Shown here one piece after another: positions 13,501 to 26,700 of a stretch of DNA of 64,000 nt (within the stretch, counting starts at the first letter, position 1; every line of letters starts with the position of its first letter). The position numbers and the translations under genes were made by a program. The notes beneath the pieces are model-generated. The model was not told where the DNA came from. It saw only the letters and a list, made by a program, of their open reading frames with translations, and made no database searches. The stretch comes from Paraspadella gotoi (taxonomy: Eukaryota; Animalia; Chaetognatha): the NCBI GenBank assembly GCA_051294375.1, contig CM119266.1:6899431-6963430 (forward strand), read 5' to 3'.

Positions 13501-16500
13501 ATACCTAAACTTAACATTAATCTCTTTTTTTTTTTATTTAAGCTGAAATGGAAAACATGGCCGAAATCTTTAATATTTATCTTTTAATCCTCTAAAATAT
13601 TTAGACCTTCTTAAATGCCCATCATTTTTTTATTTGAAAGCTCATCTGATACAAATTAGAACAATTGCATGGACTCCTTTAACTTCAGGACTCGGACCCG
13701 AACGCGAAAATTCTTTTCCACGCGACGTCGAAAAATCTCATCGAGTATATGTCCATCGAAATTATTTCAGAAGAAACTCGTCTACTTTTACAATTTGGGC
13801 GGAGGCGAAGAGGTGAGGGAAAAGGAAAAATATTTATTATTAAAGTGTTAATAAATGTTAGGTTAAAAAAAACTTTAAAAAGGTTGTGGCGAACGGTTGC
13901 TTAGGTAACTTTAAAAGTTTAATTAGTTAAATTAGGTAATGAAGTGACGTGAATTAATAGTAGAAGTCTGTTATTAATTATTCGTTTTTATCTTCACAAC
14001 AACGATCTTTTCAAACAATTATGTAAATCAACCGAGCAAATATATTACAATTTAGATTAGGTTACATTAAAATTACATTAAATTTTCATAACAACATTTC
14101 ACTTCTATCGAGAATAGGTCAAAATCTACTTTGTTTTCTTAACAATGTATTTTTTATAAAAATATACCAATTTCATACTTATTACTAGTCTTATTCTTAT
14201 TCTAAATCATCACCATTTCCAACCCTTTTTTTTTCCGCCAGCGTCTGGAACTGGAAGGCGTGAACGTGGCGGACGGTGAATGGCATCACCTGACCCTCTC
14301 GCGTTACGGCGCCCGAGTCACGATGGCCATCGACGGCGGCGAGGGAGATTTGACTGTGAAGAATGCTCCGATGCCGAACGCTCACGCCGAGATAGAGATC
14401 GATTGTGAAAGAATTTATTTGGGGGCGAAAGTGGATTCGTGGGGAAACTCGGCCGATGTCATTTCCAAGGATTACAAAGATGGTCAGTTGAGAAGAGGGA
14501 GATAATGGATAAGTGGTAGGTGGCCTTTGGCCGATGCCATTAGGTCGGATCATCATGACGGGAGAATTGGGACAAGTGAGATCTTGTTTAAGCCAAATTT
14601 TGAAAATGGCGGACTAGAAATTGAATAAAGATTGAGTCGAGAATGCACCTGGGTCCTGAGCTGAGGGCGAGTGAAATGGTCTTCAATTTGTGAGGAAAGT
14701 TGACCAATTTTGTTTTAAAACTCACTCACGTGATTATATTCACATCCACAGGATGTTTAAAGAACTTCCGTTTCCAATCCGTTCGACTCCCGATCCTCAA
14801 TACATCTCTGACCAATGTCACCATCGTCACAAATAACGTCGACCCCTGTTGCCCCGAATGCAATGAAGACGAGGGCGGTTGCCCGGCTTGCTTCCCTACC
14901 TGCCCATCGAGCATGGTGATAAGAATGTTTAATAATAATAATAATTACAATAATAATAATAATAATATTTTAAAAATTATGCGTGCAACTATGTTTCGAT
15001 AAAAACCTTTTTAAACCGAAACTTGCAAATGAGATTTTTGCGTTCTCTCATTCATCCCCACGCAGACCTGCATTCCCACCTGGCGCGGATCCTCCTGCGG
15101 CTGCAAATGGCCTTACCATCCGCTTCCCGAAAACATCCACAAATGCGTGCTCGATCCCTGCGAACCTCACCCTTGCCACAACGGCAAGTGCGTCGTCAGT
15201 GGCGAGGGATATTATTGCGACTGCTACACCACTGGGTAAGATTTATGCCGATACTAATGTTGGAGCCGCAGCGGGGATTGAGAATGATGCTGTTGTTTAA
15301 TGCTGTTGATGCTCTTCGTTTCTGTCCCGTCTGACGGAGAAAGCTATATTTGTTAGCCGGTCATTATTTATTTTCTTAATTTGGTGCACTAATTTATTGT
15401 TTTAATTTGAACAAAAAAGGCTTATGATTTGTTTTTTGAGAAACTCTTGATGGTATTCCTAGTCAAAAGCTTGGCGCTTGGCTTTTGCCATATTTACTAT
15501 CTGTGATTGAATAGATGCCTTTAACTTACAATACCGCTGTTTTTATAAAATCAGTAGGGCAGGATAGCTATACATGTGGAATTAAATAAATAATTTGCAT
15601 AGTTTGTTAACAATTTTCATATATAGTTTGTTCTTCATTTCATAATTGATGGTAAATCATAATATAATTTTTCCCTAATTGGTTAGTCATTCCTTGATAT
15701 ATTTAAGACATAATCTGCAAAACCTTGCTGGCCACCTTCTGTAAATGCTTGATTTTTTTTTTAATTTATAAAATTGGAATTATTATCTAATATTATATAT
15801 TTTAACAAGGTTACAACTATATTATTGGGTCATTAATAGCTATTAATTATAAATATTTTACACTATTAGAAAACTATATTTATTTTTTTTAATTTAATAT
15901 CCCGGAGTACTACTGAAGACCAAATCTGTTGATCTCGAGTCTTCATCAGCTGATGAAGACTCGAATCAACAGAGTCGAATAAACCATGTAAGTGATATGT
16001 AATAAATAATAAAAAAATTTGTTGTCAAATAAGGCAGGTTGACTTCACCACCAATTTAAACCAATTCCCTAATAAGTTTTTACTTTATATTTAGATTCAA
16101 TATAACCATCGGAACACGCAGTAATGAAAAATAGATACCGTTTAATGGTCAACCAAATTTATGTAACCACTTTTGGCAGCGTATTGGATGTTTATAGAGG
16201 GCGGATCAATATCGATCTATTTGTATGTCGGCGGAAGGGCCAGTCGAACGACAAATTTTAAAGAATCCCGAAAGACTTGGATCTTTGGGATTTGGGTAAA
16301 GATGCGTGATAACGGAACAAGAAGAGATAGAGTAGGGAGGGATATACGACTTTAGTTCTCCCTTCACCGCGTGGAAGCACCAAACTCCACAACATGAGTT
16401 CTCCGGCATTGTGGCCAACTAAACTTTTCGGAGTTCTCTATGGAGGATTGGGATGGTGTTCCATAGCCACCTTCGCTGCACTCGCTCCCAGCACCAGGGC

Positions 16501-19500
16501 AGCACCACTGGGTCCTGGGACGACAGCGTCTCAGCCAGGGGAGCAGGACATAATTGACGAACCGGGAAAGACATTAAAAGGACTGATAAAGTCGGATGGG
16601 CAAAGGTGTGAAGTTTAATGAATTATTATTTTTAATATAATTCACATTTTAAATAAAAATAAAATAGGTTTTTCTTTTATATGTTTTGGATCGTCTTCGA
16701 TCCCTATCGTACTTCGTAATAGGGGGGTTGCGATTGAAGCATGAGAATTCAGCCACAATATTCATTCGTAAATGGGCGGGGAATATCGAGACTTCGGTTT
16801 CCAGTCCCTCAGCGAATTCCTTGCCCTGGTAGGAGCGAGATGATTTGGAGGTGCCGCGAATGGAACGCGCATCAAAAGAGAATTGAGGGCAGGCAGCTGG
16901 GGGAGACGTTGTCTTGAAAGGGAATAGAAGAGAGAGGGCTCAGCACGACGGCGCCGAGAACCCCCACCAGTCGAGGTAAGTCACGACTTCGATCAGCTCT
17001 TCAGTGCACTGAGGTCCTTTGTATCTGCGGGAATGGAGGGAGTTGTTCTAAGTAGGGAAACTGACTACGAATCGAAGCTCGATTTCGAAAACTCGTAATC
17101 CGCTCAATAGCAAAAAAAAAAAAAAAAAAAAAAACTTTTTACTGTCAAATAAATGGAGATAATTATAAAAGCGCTCAAACGTACGGAGGAAAGCAATCAC
17201 CGTTTTAACGTGTTAAAACTGTTACGGCCGCCATTATTTATTACCTTCCTGAATACGAATGTCTTTTCTTCCAAAAACTTTTACCAGTCACCTTTTTTAA
17301 TTTCAATTCTGACCAAATTATATTTCTATTCTCTCGGGATAAAAAAAAAAGCTCAGTGCAAACCGCGGTAACGATACAATACATGATAATAAACACTAAT
17401 TTATAAACACCGAAATATAACGTTTGTAATTTTATAATTTTTCTAAATATTTATAAACAAATTAGCGAATCTGTGCCAATAAGCGAACTCGTTGAGTCTC
17501 GTCACACTCCTGAACTCTACTTACGTGACGCCACTTTTTTTTTTTTGGTCCACGAAAAAAGTGAAGAAAAATTCTTTTAAATTATTTTTAAAAATTGCTC
17601 AAAGANNNNNNNNNNNNNNNNNNNNNNNNNCGCCAATAAGGCCAAGGTCAACGCCAATGCCGCAGCGGCCGCTAATGCCAATGTCAGCGCCAACGCAGCC
17701 GTGGCAGCGAACGTCAGCGTCAACGTCATGGCCGGAGCAGCGGCCAATGGCTTCTTGGCGCGCCGTTGGGCGCAGGCTTTTGGCGGCCAGCGGGCCGCGG
17801 CTAGACGGCCCTGCCATTGGCCGCATGCTCCGGGCCATGACGTTGACGCTGACTTCGCTGCCACGGCTGCCAGTTGCGCGACATTGGCATGTATACTCGG
17901 TTCTCCGCTGCGGCTTGGCTAGTTGACTCTCTGGCCTCTATTGGCGCTTCTGCAGATTCTTTGTTTCCTTTTCGTCCGGTCATACGTCGCTGTCGTTCGT
18001 CGCTGGTCGTCTCGTCTGTATGTTTACGGTCGTCGATTGTATTTTTGGAGTAATGACGTTTGAATGTGTCGCTCTTGAAGTCTTGCCGCCGCGCCGCCAG
18101 CCGGCCGCTCCGCGCCGCGCCACCCCGCGCAATGAACCGCCCTCGGCGCACTTTGACGACTCCCCCTCTGCCGAGCACGACAGATCTTGTATTAATAATA
18201 AAGCACATAAACTAAAAGTGATCATCATATATGAATCTAAAATCAATTGATTACATCTATATACTTTACACGACAGCGTCAACCTGAAAAATGAGTCGGC
18301 GATGGAACAAAGCAGCACCCAGCAGCGCAGCCCAAAGCCGCGCCACAGCACGACTGGCGCGAGAACCCACCCAGTCGACGGTAAGTCACGACGATGCAGC
18401 TCTTCAGTGCACTGAGGTCCTCTTGTATCTTGCGGGAATGGAGGGAGTTGTTCTAAGTAGCGGGAAATGACACTACCGAATCGAAGCTCGAATTTCGAAA
18501 AACCGTAATCCGTCTCAATTAGCAAAAAAAAAAAAAAAACAAAAAAAAACTTTTTACTGTCAATAAATGGAGATAATATAAAAGCGCCTGCAAACGATAC
18601 GGAGGAAAGCGCAATCACCGTTTTAACGTTAGATTAAAACTGTTACGCGCCATTATTTTTATTACCTTACCCTGAATACGAATGTCTTTTCTTCCCAAAA
18701 ACTTTTAACAGTCACCTCTTTTTAATTTTCAATCATTGACCAATTATATTTCTATTCTCTCCGGATTAAAAAAAAAAGGCTCAGTGCAAACCGCCCAGGT
18801 AACGATACAATACATGATAATAAACACTTAATTTATAAAACACGAAATATAACGTTTGTAAGTTTATAAATTTTATCTAAATATGATATAAACAAATTAG
18901 CCGAAATCTGGTGCCAATAAGCGAACTCGTTGAGTCTCGCTCACACTCCTGACTCTACTTACGTGACGCCACTTTTTTTTTTTTGGTCCACGAAAAGAAA
19001 AGTGGAAGAAAAATTGCTTTTAAATTATTTTCTAAAAATGCTCAAAAGAGAACAATACTAAAGCTATCTCGTCAGACCGACAGAAAGCGCAAGCAGCGAT
19101 CAACAGCATTAAACAACAGCATCATTCTCAATCCTTATCCGCTCGCTGCGCTCCAACATTAGTATCGCATAAATCATTAACCCAGTGGTGTTGTAGCAGT
19201 CAGCAATAAATATCCCTCGCCACTGACGGACGCACTTCGCCGTTGTGGCAAAGGGTGAGGTTCGCAGGGATCGAGCACGCATTTGTGGAGTTGTTTCGGG
19301 AAAAGCGGATGGTTAAGGCCATTATGCAGCCGCAGGGAGATCCGCGCCAGGTGGAATGCAGGTCTGCGTGGGATCGATATGCAGAGAACGCAAAAATCTC
19401 GATTTGCAAGTTCGGTTTAAAAAAGGCTTTTTATCGAAACATAGATTGCACGCATATTTTTAAATATTTTATTTATATTATTGAATATTAATATATTAAA

Positions 19501-20664
19501 CATTCTATATCACCATGCTCGCATGGGCGGTAGGGAAGCAAGCGGGCAACCGCCTCGTCTTCATTGATCGGGGCAACAGGGGTCGCGTATATCTCGGTCT
19601 CATTATTGAGTCGGAGTTCGAACGGATTGGAAACGGGAGTTCTTAAACATCCTGTGATGTGAATATAATCAGTGAGTGAGTTTATATAAGATATCAAAAT
19701 CGGTCAAATTTCCTCCACAACATTGAAGAACCATTTCAACTTCGCCCTCCAGCTTGTTCTCGACTCAATTCTTTATTCATTTTCTAGTTCTCCATTTTTC
19801 CAAATTTGGCTTTAAACGAAGACATTCTCACTTTGTCCTCAATTCTCCCGTTCATTATGATCCGACCTAATGGCATTGGCCAAAAGGCCACTACCACTTA
19901 TCCATATATCTCCCTCTCTCAACTACCATCTTTTGTAATCCTTTGGAGATGACATGCGGCCGAGTTTCCCCACGAATCCACTTTCGCCCGCCAAATAAAT
20001 TCTTTCACAAGCGATCTCTATCTCGGCGTGAGCGTTCGACTCGGAGCATCTTACAGTCAAAATCTCCCTCGCCGCCGTTCGATTTGCCATCAGTAGACTC
20101 CGGCGGCGCAGTGTCGCTAACGCCCACCATGAGAGGGTCAGGGTGTGATTGACCATTCACCGTCCGCCACAGTTCACGCCTTCCAGTTTCCAGACGCTGG
20201 CGGAAAAAAAGGGTTGGAAATAATGAATGAATTAGAATTAAGAATAGCACTAGTCAATATGTATGAAATTCTCTCTCTTGNNNNNNNNNNNNNNNNNNNN
20301 NNNNNGTTTGAGTGGGGAAAGGCCAAGCGTGGTTTGGGGGGAAAGGCCAAGGCCATTCAGGATGCCAAGAAGGCCAAGGAGGAGGAGAAGAAAAAGAAGA
20401 GTTAGTTTGAGTGGGGAAAGGCCAAGCGTGGTTTGGGGGGAAAGGCCAAGGTCATTCAGGATGCCAAGAAAGCCAAGGAGGAGAAGAAAAAGAAGAGTGA
20501 GTTTGTGTAGGGAAAGGCCAAGCGTGGATTGGGGGGAAAGACCAAACAGAATGTTGGGAAAGGCCAAAAGGCCTTTGGGGGAAGGCCAAGCAAAGTTTGA
20601 TTAAAGGCCGAGCAGAGTTTGGGAGAAAGAAAAAGCTCTAGCATTGATGGTATATTAGAATATG

Positions 20665-20708
<44 letters not shown>

Positions 20709-23700
20709 AAAAACAGAGGAAGAACCAAGCGACGAATCGTCCTCGGAGGAGGAGGAAGACTCGGGCAGAAGAAAAGCCAATCTCCAACAAAGTAAGTTTT
20801 ACATTTTTAGGTTATATTATTTGAATTAATTAATATTAAATTAAGCGATAGTTTGAAGTGCACTAATCGACACGACACATTAACCCCATTTTATATTCTT
20901 TTGTTTNNNNNNNNNNTTTTTTTTGGTTTCGCGGTTTTTTATCATTCGATGCTCTTTTGTTCCTCTTTTCTTTTTTTTATTTGTATCGCAAATCCTTGAC
21001 ATTATTATAATCAGGCGGTGTCAAGTTATCTTTTCCGGCAAAACCCAAAGAGATTAAACCGCTTTTGAAAAATGGTAGGTTCTTAACACAAAAAAANNNN
21101 NNNNNNNNNNNNNNNNNNNNNNNNNNNNNNNNNNNNNNNNNNNNNNNNNNNNNNNNNNNNNNNNNNNNNNNNNNNNNNNNNNNNNNNNNNNNNNNNNNNN
21201 NNNNNNNNNNNNNNNNNNNNNNNNNNNNNNNNNNNNNNNNNNNNNNNNNNNNNNNNNNNNNNNNNNNNNNNNNNNNNNNNNNNNNNNNNNNNNNNNNNNN
21301 NNNNNNNNNNNNNNNNNNNNNNNNNNNNNNNNNNNNNNNNNNNNNNNNNNNNNNNNNNNNNNNNNNNAAAATATATACTTATCACTCTGTAAACTCGGGG
21401 GAAATTTTTTATTTTTTTCTACACCGAATTTCCAAAGGCCACGTTCCACGTTCAGGACCGACATATTGGGATATTTTTGTAGATCCTAGCAAGGCAAGGC
21501 GGCCCTTTCTCCGCCCGAATGTCCGACTGTCTTCATTCAATTAGTCCGATGTTCACTTTTTTCCCATTGATGTCATATTTTCGGTTTTTCGGAGCATGGT
21601 TTACTGTTTTCTTTTTGTCTTATGTTCACGATTCTCCGTGATGTTTTTCCGTTTCGCTGATACTTGAGCTATCACGGCCGCTGCCGATGTGAGAGGAGAA
21701 GGAGAGAGAGACGGGCGAGTGATAACAAAAAAATTATCTGAGAGAGCTCGCGTGAATGAGTTGACAGAAATTCGACAGTGAAAAAACAGTGGAAAAAAAC
21801 ATGGTGGGAAAAAAACAGATTGACGATAATATTTTTTCAAAAAGTTACTAAAGATTTTTTTAAAAAAAATTACTTACTGTAGATTTCAAACAAAGAGAAA
21901 GTAAAAAAGACATTGAGTCAGACACATACTGTAGTATTGTTTTGTTGAAAAAAGTAGATTATTCTAAACATGTAATATAAATATTTTATTTTTCGTCGGT
22001 TTTAAAAAAATAATCTTTATTAAAATTATATTTTAGAATGCCCAAGATTTGTTTTCTTTTTAAAGTAGTTTTGTTAAAGAAAACGATGAGACCTTAGAAT
22101 CGTGTTTTAAAGTGCAAGCAGAGCGAAAGCATGTGAATTGAGTGAAATTTAAAGTGAATTCGGGAAAGCCGTTTCCCATTTCAAAAGTTACATTTAACAG
22201 AAAGATTAGGCAAAACATTTATATTATTACAAAATTATTTTCTTAATTCTTTTCTTATTTCATTTATTATTTTGATTTTTAAAAACTAAGGCGAACGATT
22301 TAAGGGTCAGTAAACTTTCGATGTTTTATTCATTACAAAAGAGAAACGTATTTTGTGGTACACTTTTTTCGAAAAAACCCATAATTTCCCCCCTCAAAAA
22401 ACTGGGAGTAATGCATAGATGAAATTTGAATATAATTGGACTCATTGAACTAGAGAGAGATGAATAACATGGAGCCAGTGATTCATTCAATTTCTGAGTT
22501 GGGAGAATAGATATTAAACAATCTGTTGCTTAATTTTAATTGTACAAAACCTACCATCGTGTAGAAGAGGTTTAGTTTCTTTGACTTAGCCGGCTACAGC
22601 TTTAGCGCCTAACCATTACAAACGAAAAAGAGAAACGGTGCGAAATAATTTCATATTTAATGAATGATTAAAATTAATAATTAAAAAAAAATTTTAAATA
22701 TTAATTATTAAATGACCGGAAACGTTCTTCTATATACGAAATTTTACGTCTGGCGAAAATTACGTCGTATGTTTTGAAAATATTATTTAAAATAAAGTTT
22801 TGAGAAAACCTACATTCATTGTTGACGGTTTAGCCTGATTAAGGTTTAGCACCTCTTGCCATTATTCTTGTTTGGGAAACAAATATGGTCACACATTCGT
22901 GTGTTTTTAGTCGGTTCTCTTTATTGTCCCTACGTCTTCACTTTGAATCTAGGGAAGGACTCGCCCCGATTCCAATTAATTAATTGAATCAAAAGAAGAA
23001 GAGGGATAATTCAGCGACTGTCTACATGTCCACACTTCTGATACAAAAGCTCCAATGGAATTATAACACTGTGCTGGCTGCTCACGCACCCAAAAGAGGA
23101 ACTCTGCGCTTCAGTCAAGATGAGGCTGATGCAAACCCGGGACTGTCTCGAGGCGATCTCAATTGCCTCCTTGAAGTTGCTTAAAACATTCCCAACAATA
23201 TCACATCGTGAACGTAAAATTCGGTGCACATTCAACTGGACTTTTTCTTAGGAGGCTCCTACTTCTAACATATATCCTCTAATATGAGTTCATTTACCCG
23301 ATTCTATCACACGAACGCTGGAAACGTGGCCTTTCGGGAAAAATTCGGTTTAAGGTTTGTGTAGAAAAAAATAAAAATTCCCCCGAGGTTTACAGATGTG
23401 ATATAGTATATATTTTACCAACTGCAGCTACATGGTGCTTTTATATAAAATTTCCGCTTTACGCTTTTATTGTTCTAACGTCAATAAAAAAGTACAACGA
23501 CATTACATATTTTTGTAAAAAATTTTTTTTTGTGTTAAGAACCCTTTACCATTATTGTCTCAAAAGCGGTTTAATCTCTTTGTGTTTTGCCGGAAAAAGA
23601 TAGCCTTGGACACCGCCTTGCTGTGAGTAATAAGTGTCAAGGGATTTGCGATTACAAATAAAAAAAAAGAAAAGGGAAATATATATAAAGCAGCATCGAA

Positions 23701-26700
23701 TGCATAAAAAAACGTCGAAACCCAAATAAAAAAACAAAAAAAAAACAAGGATAGATATAAAATTGGCGGTTGAGATGTCGTGTCGGAATTATAGTGCACC
23801 TTCAAATACTATCGACTTAAAATTTTAAATATAAATTAATGTCAAATAATATAACCTAAATGTTAAAACTTACTGTGGTGTTGGGCAGATTGCGCTTTTT
23901 CGGGTTTGCACCGCAGATCTAATTCCATCCTTCGGCTCGAGGACGATTTCGGTCGACTTAATGGTTTCTTCCTCTAACGTTTTTGTGTGTGAGCAGAGGA
24001 GAGAGAGAAGATCCGACGAGAGAGTAGAAGAGAGACGATGANNNNNNNNNNNNNNNNNNNNNNNNNCCTTGCTGCAAAGTAGGAGTTTAATGCTGCAATG
24101 ACAGCTTAAAATGCTGCAATACTGAAAAGAAGTCTGTCAATGATGTAATGAAGGCTGTAAATGCTGCAATAAAGCCTACGAATGTTTTTAATATTCAATA
24201 AAGATTGCGAAATTTGCGGTGAAGACTAAGAATGCTACAGTGAAGGCTGGAAATGCTGAAAAATAGACTGTCAATGCCGCAATAAATGCTGTGAAAGTGT
24301 GAATACTGTAAAGACGACGATTTGCGAATCAAAGATTTCGCTTCAATTCGATGTTCTTTTGTTTTTCTGAGGCGGCGTCAAACTCGACTTCGCCGCCCTC
24401 ACCGCCAGCGCCAACATGAACAACGCTTCCAACATGGCGGCCATCACAGCCGGTGACTCTGCCTCCAGCGGCGGATTCGGCGCCGCCTTGGCCGCCGCCA
24501 ACGCCGGAGCTGGCGCCGGAGCTGGCGCCGGCGTAGGAGTTAGTGCGGGAGCTGGCGCCGGGGCTGGCGCCGGGGCTGGCGCCGGGGCTGGCGCGGGAAT
24601 CGGCGCCGGCGCCGCTGCCGGCCCCGCCGCCGCCGCCGCCGCTGCCAAGAACGCCGCGTTGGCGCGAGCGGCAGCGATGGCGCAGGCGCAGGCGGCGGCG
24701 GAAGCGGAAGCGGGAATGATAGAGAGTGAGTTGATTAGTTTTGAGATTCAAATGTAATATTAATAAATTAGACAATTATTTTAGTTATTCACTAATTGTT
24801 AATTCATATATACTAAATACTATACCGTTCTATTTACATGTATTCTACGGTATGTATTATGTTATTACGTACATTTTACTGTAAATGTAAAATTCTTTTT
24901 AAAGACATGGACAAGGCGGAGATGGGTCGGTTCATCATGTCACAACTCCTCGACATGGATCACGACAGTTCTTGGTTCCCTGGCGACGCCGGACTCGTTT
25001 ATCAAGACGAAGGCGACGGTTCGATCGCCGAGTCTCTCTCTTCGCTCTCGACCAACGGATCCGAAGCCGACGCCGCCGACTTGGCCGCCATGGCTGCTTA
25101 TCACGGGATCAGCGTGTCCGCCGCCGGAACGATGTCGAATAGTGAGAAAACCATAGGATTTCTTTCATCATTTGTTCTGTTTTTTTGTTTTGTTTTTGTT
25201 TTTTTTTGTTTTATGTTTCGGTCATTTGTTTTGATTTTTTTATGTTTTGCTTTGGTTTTTGTCTGTTTATTTTCTTTTTTGTTTTTTGCTGTTGTTATTA
25301 GTTTATTGTTGTTGCTGCTTTTTTTGTTATTGTTGTCGTTATAGTTGTTGTTGTTGCTGTAGGATGCGAAATATTTTCTGTTCATTGAGTTTATTTCTTT
25401 TAGGAGTTTCATGCTTCAATCTGTGAATATCCTAATACAATCATTTATTAATTTTTGATAATTTATTAATTTATTCCTTTTTTTTTTTCATTTAATTTTT
25501 CGCGGTCGTTTTCAAATTCTCTCTCATGTATTTTAAATATTCTTACTTAAAAATGTAATTAGTTATCCACTCAATTAAACGTTCCCTTCCCAAGTAACTT
25601 CATGAGACGACTTACCACAAGTCTCTCTCTCTAAACCCTTCCACTCTCCTGTTTCTCTGAGCCGGTCTATTCCACCGTATTTNNNNNNNNNNCATCATTT
25701 GTTCTTTTTTTTTGTTTTGTTTTTGTTTTTTGTTTTTTATGTTTCGGTCATTTGTTTTGTTTTTTTATGTTTTGCTTTGGTTTTTGTCTCTTTATTTTCC
25801 TTTTTGTTTTTTGTTGTTGTTATTAGTTTATTGTTGTTGCTGCTTTTTTTGTTATTGTTGTCGTTATAGTTGTTGTTGTTGTTGTTGGATGCGATATATT
25901 TTCTGTTCATTGAGTTTATTTCTTTTAAGATTTCATGCTTCAATCTGTCAATATTCTAATACAATCATTTATTAATTTTTGCTAATTTATTAATTTATTC
26001 CTTTTTTTTTATTTAATTTTTCGCGGTCGTTTTCAAATTCTCTCTCTTGTATTTTAAATATTCTTACTTAAAAATTTAATTAGTTATCCACTAAATTAAA
26101 CGTTCCCTTCCCAAGTAACTTCATTTTTTTATTCAATCACTCATTTATATTTGTCTTTTCATTAATTAATTAATTAATTCATTCATTAATTTCATTTCAT
26201 TTCCCCCTTCTAGGCCGACCGCCGAGCCGAGGCGACAACCTCCAATCGCCGATGATGAACATGGATTCAGCGATGAACATGAACATGAACATGGGAATGA
26301 ACATGAACATGGCCGGCATGTCCGGCATGGGCGGCGGCATGGGCGGAGGAATGGGCGGCGGCATGGGCGGAATGGGTATGACCACACTCCCGATGGCTGC
26401 ACCGACTGTGGGTTAGTGTCACAGAAATTAGATCGGGGCTTTTTTTGGAGGTCGGTGGCGTCGGCGATCTCTCGTCTAGTTGCAGTTTCATTTAAATTAG
26501 TTATCATTATTAATTAATTGAATTTATTATTTATGTAATTTTAGATTACTCATTTTTAAGTCCGCTTAAGACAGAGAGATGACGGAGAGAAGATGAGAGG
26601 CTGGTAGAGATTGAGAGAGAGACCGATCGAGATTAGGAGAGTGAGACGAGAGAGCACAGAGAGAGAGAGCGACGGCTAATCGCGTTTCCAGTAAACATTA

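Noticed and set aside
15973-15987. 15-nt AG/GTAAGT-bounded microexon
   Set aside because: It introduces a stop in the required phase 2 and lies in the suspected chimeric segment.
16940-17024. mod(mdg4)-style trans-splicing of an opposite-strand exon
   Set aside because: The noisy read gives a colinear same-strand order, so misassembly is the simpler explanation.
17631-17947. Long inverted repeat that could form an RNA hairpin
   Set aside because: One arm is clean and the other is indel-ridden, and it sits next to a 25-N gap. This is typical of a foldback long-read artefact.
19050-20280. Inverted cadherin pseudogene or antisense regulator
   Set aside because: The error pattern is dense random indels across exons and introns alike, and the segment is gap-flanked. 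It is a raw-read duplicate of 14160-15350.
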